Source: Orbicella franksi (taxonomy: Eukaryota). Taken from it: DNA of 64,000 bases. The translations under genes and the position numbers were made by a program. The stretch covers positions 22,072,001 to 22,136,000 of the forward strand of contig OZ116699.1 of assembly GCA_964199315.1 (NCBI GenBank), written 5' to 3'. The notes under the pieces are model-generated. The model ran no database searches, was not told the DNA's origin, and was given only the letters and a program-made list of their open reading frames with translations. Within the stretch, counting starts at the first letter, position 1. Every line of letters starts with the position of its first letter. This document shows, in pieces, positions 1-13,589 of this stretch.

Positions 1-2404
1 TGAAAATTTTTTACTCATTCGCACTGGAATGATTTGCATTCGACAAAAACAACTCTCCAGGGTCACATCACGTGATCTGCAATGGGACAACAAACAAACA
101 AGCTGAATAAGATAAAATAACTAAAACCTTCGCACTATATTAATTTATTTATTAAACAACACTAAAACTTTTTTCCTTTGAGTTTTCATCATAAATCACG
201 GCCGATTTCTTTCATCCAAATTTAAAGAGAAACCTGACCGCAGTAGTTTCACAGGTGAGAGACTTTTAGCGACTTGTGCTCTTTGGTGAAGTTTGTGGAA
301 TGACGGTCGGTCGGTGGTTTGGTCGGGAGGTCAGACTGGCGGATTCTGTGTTCAATTCTTTCCTTGATTTCAACGGTGATGCACTGAAATTGAGCGCCAT
401 ACTTTAGCGCTTCGGTTTTTCTTGTCCAGGTTGCGGAAATTTCCAGTGTTAAAAAGGTTTTCATCCAAAATATTCCGGGAGGGCGAGCTTATTTAATATC
501 TTGGCACTCTGGCAAATCATTACTTTTTTCGATGCATTGACTTGCGAATTAGCATCTTCCGTCAAATTACGAATTTGGCATTTAATTTATTTCCAACTTA
601 TTAATTCCAAAATTACTCGAGTGTGGTATTGTGACAAATTAAGACTGAGACCCCGGAGGCATGGGGAGCAAACTCTCACTTTCCTTTACGCTGTCCATCC
701 CACTTGGGAGTAAACTGTCAACTCTTCCAAGTGTTTAACTGTGCCCGGCTGGGATGAAGGGGTCAGATAAAACAGAGCAGCATTTCAAAGTTGGAATATT
801 AAATGAGGACTAAAGAAACAACATCGACTCGGATAAGCAGAGTGGAAGCAACCCAAAAGCAGGGGCGAGTTTGGCTATTTTTTTTTTTTGGTTTTTTACT
901 TTTATTTTTTTTAATAAAAGTAATGGACAACAGAGACAATTTTATTTCAATAAAATATTGTTATCTTCTCTCCCGTTTTGTTTTATTTTGCAATCCAACC
1001 GTTTGAGTGAACCAGATAAACTCTCTGGAATAAGCCAAGTTCTGGAGAGGTCTTGAGAAAACTATGCAGTGCGATTGGCACTTAGTTTCAGTAAACAGTT
1101 CGTTTCTCATGTCAAAGTACGCCACAGATACGTCTTTTTAGCATTTCTTGCCAACTATTTTAGTTTTTTCTTCACATACAACCCTTCTTGAGGTCGTCAC
1201 GCAAAGAAAAAAGGCGTGACATGGTGTCGCGTCTGGTTGCGTGACGACCCTTAGAAAAGCCGCGTACCGAGTTGTTTAAGATTCTAAATTAAATTTTAAA
1301 CATATCTGTGGCGTACATTGGAACAGAAACAAACCGTGTACTAAAACCAGTCTACAAGCGCACCGTTAAGTTTGAACGAGACCTCAACATTTACTGTAAA
1401 CACCTATATATGTCCCAAGCTGAACACATTATTTCTCCTTGATAATTCCCGACGTTTCTCTGATGTTATGAGAATTTGGTTGTACATCAAGACAGTATCG
1501 CAAGCACTCTTATAACTCGTCTACTTGGAAATATATTGACACGGTAAGGAGAAATAAAATGTTCATCCCTCTTGAACTGGTTTGAGAACGTTTTCCAATA
1601 CCTCTCCACTGGGCTTCCTTTTAAAAACCGGTTTCCAAATAATCGCCGGTAAAATTGAAAAAATTTAAAGCCGGATACGAACTGAATATTTTTTGTTCTT
1701 TGTCCTGCTTATGTTCGCTCATAAATCAAAGAAAAAACGTTCCGAAAGAAATTTGTTGTGCACACGATAAATTAAGCGCTCAAAATGAAACAACTCCAGC
1801 AACTGTACGATAACCAACCTTTCAACTTGACGCTCAAATTTCTAGAGTGCAAATTCAATTCCGCAATTTTTGAACTGCTTGACATGAAGAAATTTATTCC
1901 AGATTACAGCAAAACTGTAGTGACACCTACAATTTAAATTTATGCAAAACAACTAGTAAAAACAAAATGCTGTTTGCACGCACCGTGTAATTCTTTATGC
2001 ACTTCAGTAGATCAAAACAATTGTGGGAAAGGCCGTTTATCAGCGGTTATAAAAACACCCGAAATCAACTGAAAAGAAACGCTAATTAATAACTAAAAAA
2101 TTTCTTTAAAGTTCTTTTCTTTTTTTCCGAACAGACTTGCAAAAATAGGTTCCAAAAATATGCGATCTTTCCTCATTCCGTCTACAGTTGCTTGATGAAG
2201 TAGATGCAGAAAAACAATAAGTATTTTAATCAAATGACATCTAGTGACGTTTTTTTTTTTTCAAGAACTTGATGCAAAAGTAAAAAAATTCGACGACACG
2301 AAAAATTGAATGTGCGTTCTTCAAGACTTCAATAACATTCGACTCAGTGGAGGAGAGGTAAGGAAAATGTACCCATAAGGTTTACAGTAAATAAATTGAA
2401 GATA

Positions 2405-2577
2405 CAACTGAACCACCCATAGGAGACCACCTATGAATTTTGCATCACCCCTGTACTACTTACAAAAAGTTAGTAACTTGGCTGTGTAAGACAATTTTGG
2501 GAACTTTAAAACATAGTCGTATATGAAACTCGAGATGGCTTCTTTTCACAGGGTGATCACTAAGGGAGGTTCAACTG
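2405..2577. mobile_element. Degenerate Tc1/mariner-type MITE
   Basis: TA|CAACTGAACCACCC..GACCACC ... GGTGATC..GGGAGGTTCAACTG, imperfect TIRs. Confidence 0.4.
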
Positions 2578-2754
2578 CATTAAATAACTCAGACATGCAA
2601 TGTTCTGTATCAAAATCACACTATTTGTAGAAGCTGTAAACAGCGCCGCACAGTACAGCCCATGAGCACATGAATAGACAGAGGCTCTCTTTTAAAACCG
2701 AAGTTAAAATTTAGCTGATGAGTCATCTTACCAATCAGTAGTCTTTTGGTTGGT

Positions 2755-3345
2755 TGATCGAAAATGGCTCAGTCTTTCTGATTGTTGGTCTGTCTGTCTG
2801 TCTGTCAGTCAGGTGCAACTCAACAATCACAGAACTGGTCAAACAGTTGGCCAGTATATCTTTCTATATCTAGTTGGTGAGTCAGTTTACCAATCACTAG
2901 AGTGTCTGTTGGTCGATCGTTTGCTGGGTCTGTCCGTCTGTCAGTCTGTCAGTCAGATGCAACTCAGCAATCAATGAACTGGTCAAACAATTGGCCAGAA
3001 TATGTCTATATCTAGTTTGTGAGTCAGTTTACCAATCACTAGACTGTCTGTTAGTCGATCGTTTGCTGGGTCTGTCTGTCTGTCAATCAGGCAACCAGCT
3101 CATCAATTATTAGTGAACTGGTTGAATGGTTGGCGAGTATATCTGTCTATCTGCTTTGTGAGTCAGTTCACCAATCACTGGACCGTTTCTTGGTCCATTG
3201 GTTTGTGGCTCTGTCTGTCAGTGTGTCAATCAGGGACCAACTCATCAACTAATGAACCGGTCGAACAGTTCGCCAGTATATCTGTCTATGTAGTTTGTGA
3301 GTCAGTTTGCTAATCAGTTATCTGTTTGTTTGTTGATCAGTTGGT
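2755..3345. repeat. Minisatellite, unit about 140 bp, about 4.2 diverged copies
   Basis: Recurring GTGAGTCAGTTTACCAATCACTAG and GAACTGGTCAAACA motifs, with embedded TCTG runs. Confidence 0.8.
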
Positions 3346-3672
3346 GAGTCTGCCTGTCTGTCTGTGTGAAATTTGCCGATTCAATCTCTAGAATTATTTC
3401 TTTGCCAGTTTCTCAATAAAAGCATTAAACAATCAGATAATCAATCAATCAATCTCTCGTCATTCAATCCATCAGCTTCCAGTCAATGAGGTACCAATCA
3501 ATTTCAATCAATAGCCTGTCAATCTCTTAATTTGATGCATTTAATCTGACAATTTATTTTTAAATCTTGATGCACCCGTCAGCTCTTGAGTAATAATAAA
3601 TAATTAAATTCAGATGTAACTGTTTTTCATTTGGTTCATCAATCAGTTCAGTACTCAATCACTTTGTCAATA

Positions 3673-3840
3673 CAGCGCAATCCCAATTTCTGGAACCATC
3701 ATATTTTCAAACCTCCCTATAACTCGAACCAAAGATCTTTCCCTCTCCTCAGTCAAACACTGTAATTTTAAACCAATTTCTCAAGATCTCCAATTTTTCG
3801 AACCAGTTTTTGTTTCCCCAGGAGGTTCAAAAAATCACTG
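3673..3840. mobile_element. Degenerate Tc1/mariner-type MITE
   Basis: TA|CAG ... CTG|TA termini with repeated TCGAACC-like internal motifs. Confidence 0.35.
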
Positions 3841-6210
3841 TATGTCCATCATGGAGTAAATCATGTAAAAATCAGTCAGATAATAGTTTAGTTTGTCTGA
3901 CATATACATGTAGTGAATCACTTGGTCAAAAGATCAGCCTGTAAGTGAATCAACCAGTCAATCATTACAGTAGCCCAATTAGTGAATTCAGCTTCACAGT
4001 CATCCATCAAGTTCAACAATTTTCTTCACAAGTAAACATTCAAACCATATTGAGTGCAATCTTTGAACCAATTTGGCTGAAGAATAATTTAAAAGCAAAA
4101 CAATTTCATTTATTCCCATTGGTTTGAAAAATGCACTGTTTAAATGAGAGCTCTTCTTATTCATTATGCAAATGGACCAAGGCAGAATTGATTGCATGTC
4201 TGAGGTCAACAAAGCTGAGCAGAACTTGGCTTATTCAAGTGCTGTTTAACTGGCTTCCCCAAGGGTTGAATTGCAAAATAGAACATAGAGCAAGTTCTAC
4301 TGCTGCTTGAGGCTGTGAGACACTGTCCTTGTGGGTATTTGATCTGGAGAAGCAAGATTACAATGTGACAATTACTCTCAGTGACAAGCTTAACAACATT
4401 TATTACTTAAGCTTACCTTGCAAGCTTAACTTACAAACTTAACTTACAAGTTCACTTATTACCATCTACTAAACATCCCATTTATAAAAGGGATTTAATC
4501 AAATAATCTTATTAATGCTTGTCAATTACATGTAGTTACAGGAAGGAAGGGGGGTGGCAATCAGTCAGTGAGTGATTCAGACACTGGTTTTGACATTTAA
4601 ACTTGTCAACTGGTACATGTATGTTCAGATGACAGTCTCTCTGTCTATCCATCCGTTTGTCCATCTGTTCATCAATAAGTAAGACAACTACTAAATCTGT
4701 TTAATCAATCAGTCAGTCAGTCAGTCCATCAATAACTGATGGACTGACTAACCCTATAGTGAAATGCAAGCAACTGATTAATTATTAATTAATTGCTTGC
4801 ATTTTACCATCCAAAAGAAGCCCTCAGCTGGTAATACCGGTAGTATTTTTTTTTGAGATAATACTGAAATTTGACAATTCACTGGGCAACCATTTTTCTG
4901 TGAAATGAAGGGCCTGGCTGCAAGAGGAGAAATAACGGACAACCCAACCACAATAATCACTAACCACAATTAACATTTGTAATAGCTTCCAGTAGAATAA
5001 AATTAACTCAGTAATCAACTCGTGTGGTAAATGTTTGTAAATCTTACATAAGCAACGTTTAGATACAAAAATACAGGCCAAGGTATTGGTCTGAGACAAA
5101 GTAAAGTTCCCATCTGGAAGTATAATAACCCAGAGCAGGTTTAAAAAGTTACTTGCACTGCAGTTTCATACAAGACAGAACACTGAGAATTTTTTGCCTC
5201 AAACATTAAACAAGTGTAGTGCTTACGTTTGCATACAAGTCTCTGTTTTACATTATTTGCCTGTTTTGGATTTTGTGTCAATATTGAAGTGTGTCAATGT
5301 GCCACTCCTTTGAAACCTCTATTTTACTCATGCAGCTACTCTATCCATAAACGAGTAGTAATCAAAGATTAGAGCAGTGCATTCAAGGGAGCAAGAGTAT
5401 GAAAAATTAATGAGGTATTGATGGGATGTTAGTGGAAATTTCCAGTCTCTTAAGTTGATGGTCCACCCCTAAACATCACAAGCCTGCGCAAATCATTTAT
5501 TACACAAGTTTTTTTAGATAAAAACTTAATTTAACTGTGAAAGTCAGGAAACCTTGAACACTTTGATATTTTGAGATTTCAACGTCAAGCCTGCAAATAA
5601 TTTTTGTCTATAAGCAGGTCATTTGTCAGGCCAAGGACAAGTTTTGACCTGACGAAAAGCCAGTCTAGTCCGACAAAATTTTTCTTGTCATTAGAAATTA
5701 AGAATAAGAGACATTTGAGACATGTTGGCATTTCATTGTAGACCCTTCACCAAAATGTTGGTTGCAAATTCAAATGGCTCAAAAGTAAAGTCAACGGAGT
5801 GGAAAATCGATACTAGCTAGCACCAGAAAGGAGACCTTTACATAAGTCAGGTATTATTCTTACCCATTGAAAATTGACAAATTTACAAACGTTGGTACCC
5901 CTAGTTTGCCTTCACTCACTTCCCACTTGATCACACATGTACTCCATATTTTCTCGTGTATCAAGTTTCCTACAACGTCCAAGGAAAACTATGGGAAAAA
6001 TGATAAAATGATCTCCCACATGGATAGCTTGTCAGTATAAAAACTCACGATAACATTCAGAGACTTGGCTGAAATGAATTCTTTGACTTTTTCTGAAAGC
6101 AAGTTTCCCCTGAAAATTCTATTCGGGGTCAATTGAATAATAGATGAAATTGGCATTTGAAGTGGTCCTGACTAGAAAGCGTGACTAATTTGTACATTCA
6201 CGCTTTTTAC

Positions 6211-8274
6211 AAATGCTGTTGCTAAATGACGGTCAAGGTTTTCAAATCACTAAATGACCAGCAGTCTGATATTTTTCTCAAATGTTAAGGAATCAAAGGA
6301 ACCCATCCAATTCAAACTATCATATGTCGATTAAGAACTGCCAAGGGATTCAGAAGAGCTGTATAGATCGCAAGTCTAACGCTTGGTTCACGCTCAGCTC
6401 ACATAGCGAAACCATGGTTTGTGACACTTACGTTTTTTTTAGATCGACTGCTGGTCACGGTTTTCAATTACTAAATGACCGGCAGTCCGAGTTTAGGGAA
6501 TTGAGCGAACCGATCATATCCAAATTATTATATTTCGAATAAGAACTGTGAAGCAATCTTGCAGATTCTTGTAGATCAAAAGTCTAACTCTTGGTTTACG
6601 TTGGGCTCAGAGATGTTTGTGACACTTAGATTTTATTCATCTCTTCTGGATCACTTGGCAGTTCTTAATCGACATATGATAGTTTGAATTGGATGGATTT
6701 CTTCAATGAATGAGTTGCCAGTAATCAGATACCCGTGTTTGCGCAAAGAACTCTGGGATCGTCAGGGGGCAGACATTGCAAGTCGCTAGAAGGAAATGTA
6801 TGGTGAAAAGTTGTTTTGACGCCCAAAAACACGGTTTTGGGGACAGATCAACGCTTTTTCGCCATTGTTTTATCGCGAATGGATTTTGGCAAAGTTGATA
6901 AGTGGAAAATGTAAGTTTTTGTTTGAATAACCATGAAATAAGTGATAAAATTTACTGATAAACTCCCTTTGCTTGTGTGAGGTTTATTGTGAAATACATT
7001 GAAGAGAATATTGAAAATTTCAATACACGCCTGATCTCGAGAGGCTACCCAGAGCAAATGGTAGAAAAGACCCTCCGAGAAGTTAAATGTAAAGACAGAA
7101 AAGAAGCTCTAAAAGAGAAATCGAAAATTGCAGAAGGAACTACTACCCTTTGTGTCGGGCAATTTCACTCAACCGTCAAGACCAAACTTTGGAAAGCATA
7201 ATCACGCACAAATGGCACTTTTAAATACAAATACTCAGAGATATATTCAAGGAGCCATCCTTGATCTGTTATAGAAAAGGAAAATCACTGAAATACATGC
7301 TTGTAAAAGCAAAACAAAGGCTTTGAGCAACACAGTAGCCACACAGCATGAGTCGTGCTGACTCATTTGTCATTAAATCAACTCCAGACAGCACAATGAT
7401 CACCAGCGGGCTTATTTCCAGTATTATTTGTATGACTGTGCTTTCAAATAAGCCAAAAGTAGCCTGTGCACAACTTAAAAGGCTTTACTGGGTTATTTCC
7501 TCTTGAATTATACCTAATTAATTTTGTAATATTTTCAGACCATTACGTGATGTAAATTTCACAATAAACCTCACGCAAGCAACAGAGTTTATCGGTAGAT
7601 TTTGTTACATATTTCACGGTTATTCAAACAAAAACTTACATATTCCACATATCAACATTGCCAAAATCCATTCGCGATAAAAACGACATCGAAAAAGCGT
7701 TGATATCTCTCAAAACTTATTTTCTTGTACCTCGAAACAACTTTTTGCCATACATTTCCTTCTAGCGACTAGCAATGTTTGCCCCCCAATGATCCCAGAG
7801 TTCTTCATGCAAACACGGGTATCCAATTACTGGCAACTCATTCATTCCTTAAATTTGGGAAAAATATCGGACTGCCGGTCATGGACTTGCGATCTATACA
7901 GCTCTTCTGAATCCCTTGGCAGTTCTTAATCGACATATGATAGTTTGAATTGGATGGGTTCCTTCGATTCCTTAACATTTGAGAAAAATATCAGACTGCT
8001 GGTCATTTAGTGATTTGAAAACCTTGACCAGGAGTTGACCTAAAAAAGTTGCAAGTGTTACAAACCATGGTCTCGCTCTCTGAGCCGAGCATAAACTAAG
8101 CGTTATGCTTGCAATCTATACAGTTCTTATCACTTGGCAGTTCTTAATCGACATATGATAGTTTGAATTGGATGGGTTCCTTTGATTCCTTAAATTTGAG
8201 AAAAATAACAGACTGCTGGTCATTTAGTGATTTGAAAACCTTGACCAGCTGCCGGTCATTTAGCCACAGCATTT
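6211..8274. repeat. Foldback structure with modular inverted arms (about 6211-7000 and 7550-8274)
   Basis: For example 6231-6375 is a near-exact reverse complement of 7876-8029, and 6900-7000 inverts 7551-7650. The arms contain repeated modules of about 230 bp. Confidence 0.85.
7001..7320 (+). mobile_element. Penelope-like element RT C-terminal fragment
   Basis: EENIENFNTRLISRGYPEQMVEKTLREV...RKEAL, and after frameshifts FKEPSLICYRKGKSLKYMLVKAK, which resemble PLE RT thumb/linker motifs. Confidence 0.7.
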
Positions 8275-9492
8275 CACAAAACTTGTCTGTGCTATGGAAA
8301 CTATATTTGAACCACAGATGTAAAAAAAACTATGAAGAGCTTTAAAGCTGATTTTTGATCATATGGACCAGAAAAAACATTTGGTTACGTTTTAGAGGTT
8401 TTAAAGTTTTGAAAGCAATTGCATTCAGATAAAGTCGATAAATGAAACGTGAGAACTTGGGCTGTGTATTCAATTTGCATAATATTTTATTGGGGTCAAA
8501 TTACAACTGAAAATTAATTCCACAACACTTGCAGATAACAAACAACAACATAAGACCTAAGATTTTCGTAGTTTTTCAGACGAATGTCATTCAGACAAAA
8601 TGGGGCTTCACAATCTTTCACGACGCCACCGCAAGCGCAAGTTAACACGTAGCCTGAATAGTGGTGCTGATGTGGTGTCTTTTACAATTCAACATGACAT
8701 TAGAGACAACGTATTGCGCATGATAAAATGGAATAAAAATGAAACTGATAACAAACTTTTCTGTGTAGTTAATTGTGTGGCAGTATTATAATAACTTATT
8801 CCATATTTGGCCACAAATTGCTAGTTGAAACATTTTCATTGTAGCAGAAATGCGCGGTCAGAGTGTTGGACCAGGCTAAGCTTTTCCCTGTCAAAACCTC
8901 AAATTTACCAAACAATTGCCCAATGACTGACTGTTATTTGCAGGCTTGCAATGTGGCTAAATGTAGCTTAGGGGAAGTTAATCTTGGGCTAAGTAGTACT
9001 CAACTCACCAGTCTGTAAATTAGTTAGTCAATAAGTTAGTCTTACAGTCAACCTGTCAGTCAATCAGTCTATTCATGAGTCCATCAGTCAGTCAGCTTGC
9101 ATTGTGTCTAGTCAAAATTATGTATGTATGTTGGCATCCTCATCTCGGAGAGGCGATGGTCAGCGCATCAGTGTCGACAGGCTCTTGAATGACTCAAAAG
9201 CCCGATTCTTGTGATACTCATAATCATCCTCTTTATGTCTCAATAATACATGCTATGAAATCAGCATAGTGACGGTTTACATGTATGAAAGAAAATAGTT
9301 ATTTGAAGGATGGATATTTCCATTACAAATGAAACGTGTATTTTAAACAAAATGTAAACTTGTCTAGTTAATTATAAGTGAATAACACTTTTCACATAGT
9401 TAATTACATAATCATAATTGTTTATAAAATAATAATTTTTTATGAGTGATATCAATAATTCTATGACCATTTTCAAAATAAAAACAAAATGG

Positions 9493-10352
9493 GTGATTCC
9501 AGAAAATATCCATACCCTACCACGGGTGGCATGAGCATTTTAACCATCCCTTGCCTTTGGAAATTCCAAAATGCTCTACCCCCCATGCCCTCTGAATTCC
9601 AAAATTGTTAACCCCCACCCTTCCAGAGTTCCATTGTTTACTTCAAGCACCTGGAATCCTAGTTTGACTCCCTACCACTTCCAATGAAAGAGATTTTACA
9701 CTTTTACATCTTCCCAGAAGTTTACCAACTGTCCACAGGGCTTCAAATTGCGACCAATTATGATCACATACATTCGTGACTAAATGTTCAGTGACTAAAA
9801 CTTCCTCCTCTTCAGTTGATATTTTGCAATTAGTTTTCGGCTAAACTAGTGAAAGGATAAAACTTCAATTATTGTTTTGTGTATTAATTACCATGGAAAT
9901 TGGAACATGCATTGGCAAATCCTGCTTAATTTACCTTTGATATTACAAATGGTATTGACACTTGTTCAGATGCCATTTACGCTGTTTCTTTATGAATGTA
10001 TCTGGCGCATGGTAAACAAACATCACGGGTCAGCATTTGTTGCAAATGATTTAAGGACAAGAAATTCATCAACTTTAAGGCCTGTGGAGCCCACTGTACG
10101 ATCCAGATTTTATTGCTTTTCGTCTCTAAATGAACGTGAACACATCTTGTTTTCCGCAGTAGTCAACAGTGTTGTCAGTTCATTTGTGCTTTCACATTCT
10201 GGTCTGTCCCCTCTACAAAACCCCCCATGCCCTCAGAATTCCAATCATAAGTACCTCCCATGCCTTTGGATTTCCAGTTCAAAGAACCCCCCTTGCTCTC
10301 AGAATTCCCAAAAGCCACCCGTGGTATAGCTATGGATATTTTCTGGAATCAC
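9493..10352. mobile_element. MITE with GTGATTCCAGAAAATATCCATA TIRs
   Basis: Perfect 22-bp inverted termini followed by ACCACGGGTGGC / GCCACCCGTGGT, with internal GGAATTCC-type subrepeats. Confidence 0.72.
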
Positions 10353-10446
10353 GAATTATCATTTTGAGGGAACATTTTTGGAAGTCATGAAAAAGACCAA
10401 CAATCACTTATTTGATTAATCAAGAGTTGTTATTTACTTTGCTTAC

Positions 10447-10519
10447 CTGCCATGGTCTAGTTCTACATCATCCTTATTGTCAAGGTTTTGATCCAATTTC
10501 TTTCCTGTTGACATTTCTT
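10447..10519 (-). other. Candidate isolated exon of an unresolved gene
   Basis: Strong tttcag|...|gtaagc boundaries, open reading EMSTGKKLDQNLDNKDDVELDHG. A possible upstream 5'UTR donor lies near 14068. No downstream exons were confidently found. Confidence 0.3.
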
Positions 10520-10655
10520 CTGAAATACAAGATTAAAGTCCCCTATTAGTTGCCACTAAAGCAAAAATTCTAATTCTACTAACAAGCTGCCAAGAAAACA
10601 TTGAGAGTTCGTACAGATAAACATAATATGCTGTATCTCCACAGTGTTTGGGTTT

Positions 10656-10868
10656 CTGGAGCAGATACAGGATTTTAGAGAAGGGGGTTCAAGATATGGA
10701 CCACCAAAGGCAGTCCCCTGTAGGCAGGGGGGTCCGGGGATATCCTTCCTTGGAAATGGGATTTCCAGCATTCTTAGGCCAAGTCAGAGTGTTATTATGT
10801 CTCATTGTTTTTTTTTTTAATTCAGGGGGATCAACTGAACCTCCTGAATCCCCCTAAATCTGCCCTAG
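10656..10868. mobile_element. Degenerate short MITE
   Basis: Imperfect inverted termini (GCAGAT..GGGGGTTCA / TGAACC..CCCCCTAAATCTGC). Confidence 0.4.
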
Positions 10869-11101
10869 GGTTTACACCAAAAATCTGAGTATATAGTTAA
10901 AGGATTTACCCAATCTGGCCCCATCAGCCACCTGGGGGAAAAGAACTAAAGTATACTCACTGTTCTAAGACATGCCTTTTAAAAAGATCAAAGAAAAGGA
11001 AAGTACACAAAAAGGACTTTACCAGCATAACAACTTCAACCTGAAGTTGAACCAGCAACTCAGTGCTTGCTGAACAATGAGAACAAGAGGTTTTGAGTTA
11101 A

Positions 11102-12737
11102 GGTATCAGTATACCCCAAAATTGACCACTTTTCAAAAAAAAATGTTTTTTGCTTTTTCAGATAGATCTCATTGTGATCTTTCATTGAAAAAAATTTCCA
11201 TAAAAAAAGATTGATTCTATAAAGCAAAGTTATGAACGAAAAGCATTTCTTTGTATTAAAAGGTTGCATGACCAATTGCCGTGTATTTACAACTGTCAAA
11301 CATTTGTTTGTCGACAAGCTGTTCGGAGTGTTCTACATTTGTAGATTGTTGAATTAAACATAAATCTGTCATTGAAGAAACGTAAACGTTCCTTTCCATT
11401 TGCAAGTGTGAAGAAGCACCACAGAGGAAAAGGCCGGGGGAAGGTTTCAAAGACATTCAATCAGAATTGGGCTGATACGTTACAATAGCTTCTAGTAACA
11501 AAGGTTTGATCCTGCTTTGAGCAGGAGAAGTTGCTTGCACTGGATGAGGAAGATGTTTGACATTCTCTAAGCATTACTTCATTGGTGCTTTCGCCGTTTC
11601 ACAGTAACATGTCAGTTCAATCAGTATCACATTCTCATGGCCATTACACACATTGTTTATGAATGTGCTCTTTTGTTGTCTACAGCATCTCTAAGCTAAG
11701 GTGTTTTCAAAATCAAAAGGAAGAAACAGAAACGAAAATTATTTTATTCAGATCTTGCAAAGGATATTTCCTGCTGGAGGCAACATTTGAGACTCCTTTG
11801 TAACTGATATGAGCTAGATATTGTTAAAGTAAAATGAGTCTTCGCTTTATCAATAAACATGTCATTATTATCACATGTTTTGTACTAATTATCTCATTAC
11901 ACCAGAAGAACGCCCCAAAGTATATTTCCTTTGTATCTCGAAACAAAAATTTCAGCAAGTGAAGAGCACATTTTAAGTTTGTTTCTGGCAAGTTTTCAAT
12001 GTTTTTCACTGAAACTTGGAGGAAACATTGCCCAAAATCACGCAAAAAAACGGTGTCAGTGAGGTTTTACTTTTGGCTTCTTTTGAAAGTTCTGACTATT
12101 TTAGTGAATATAATGCATGTTTTATCAACTCTCAAAGTTTAACTGCTTTATAGAAAAAGGTGTCAAGAAGACCTCTCACACACCGCTGGGAGCCATGCCA
12201 AGCCGAACCACACAGCCTGACCTTAATTAACATAAGAACATAATTGTCTTACAATGACACAAAAAATGGCTAGAGAATAATTTCACCTCAACTTAACACA
12301 TTCTACAAGTACTTCACGGGTGGGTGGGTGGGGCATGTCAGGCAACAGTGGATGGCAAAACAAAAACTGAAACCTTACACAGGCCATGTGACCTGAAACC
12401 CCCCGTACACCTGTACCCAGACTCCCAGCTGTGTGTGAGAAAAACGTTTTCTGCTTCTTTCGTTCCTCAGCCAACAGAAAACCACACATAGCGATGTTGA
12501 TTGCGTCCTCCCACTCAAATCAAATTGGAAACAAACTTGATTAGTAAACCTCTGTACTTTAGGAAATAAGACACTACATTCGGAAAGCCTTTAGTTAATT
12601 ATTTTTATTTTAATGAATATACCTTCGTAATCTACAATTCATAAGCTTTCAGAAAATAATTATATACTTTACTGGGGTTTGCATCAAACGTCCAACCATA
12701 AAGCAGCGCTGATGGTCATTTGGGTTATACTGATACC
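11102..12737. mobile_element. TTAA-flanked TIR element, Kolobok-like, non-autonomous
   Basis: TTAA|GGTATCAGTATACCCCAAAATTGACCA ... TGGTCATTTGGGTTATACTGATACC|TTAA. An empty-site paralog lies at 13064-13172. Confidence 0.78.
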
Positions 12738-13446
12738 TTAATAAAAAAAGTTACTCTGCATGAAATAATTTTACACACAGTGACTTTTCAGTTAAGCTCA
12801 AAACAATATTATTAAGGATGGACCATTACTTTTTTGATGGAGCGTTGGGCAATTACAAAAAAAAAATTCCTGCACAGCAAAAGTGCTGAAAAAAAATCGT
12901 GCAAGTTGAGCTATGAAAAAAAATTGAGCATTAAGAACTTTCTACTAACCAATTTTTTGATGTTAAAATAATCAATGCACAAACTATAATGCACACCAAA
13001 AAAAGTCATGCACAACCTTAAGGTGAAAAAAAATTCATGCCCCAGGAAATTGCCCAACATCTTGGTGCTTCTTGAACAATCAGAACAAGAGGTTTTGAGT
13101 TAAGCGGAAAGTCACTCTGCACGAAATAATTTCATGCAGGGTGGCGTTCGGCTAAGCTCAAAATAATATTATTATTCTCATCACTTGGTATAAATGTTTT
13201 GTTTCCTGACTCTGAATTGGAAATTGTTTTGTTGCTCTGTTCAAAAATGATATTATTGGGTTGCTAAGTTTAAAAATTACTTTTTGTCAAATTCAGTGTT
13301 CTGATAATTTGAAACGTCCTTCCTACTGTAACCTTCGTAAAACTGATATTCAATCATTGGTTTTAAAGTACCGCAAACTGTTAGTTTCTGTCACACCCAA
13401 ACATGCTGGACTCAAAATTATTTTTTCCCATAATGGATTTATTAAG

Positions 13447-13589
13447 CACTTAATGACTGACCCCAAGAAAAACAATGAGTTTTGCTTTCCCGAGACCCTC
13501 AATGTTCCCCGAGGTGAAGCCAAGAGGAACATTGAGGTCGAAGGGAAACAAAACTCACCGTTTCCCACGGGGCCAGTCATTGAGTGTTC
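13447..13589. repeat. Imperfect palindrome of about 143 bp, core of a dispersed repeat (about 13440-13800)
   Basis: CACTTAATGACTG..TGAGTTTTG..CTCAATGTTCC / GGAACATTGAG..CAAAACTCA..CAGTCATTGAGTG. Confidence 0.7.

Noticed and set aside
249-1056. Short ORFs at the window start
   Set aside because: No homology-like motifs and no consistent splice pattern.
9877-10390. 150-aa and 73-aa ORFs
   Set aside because: They lie within a MITE and have no protein-like motifs.
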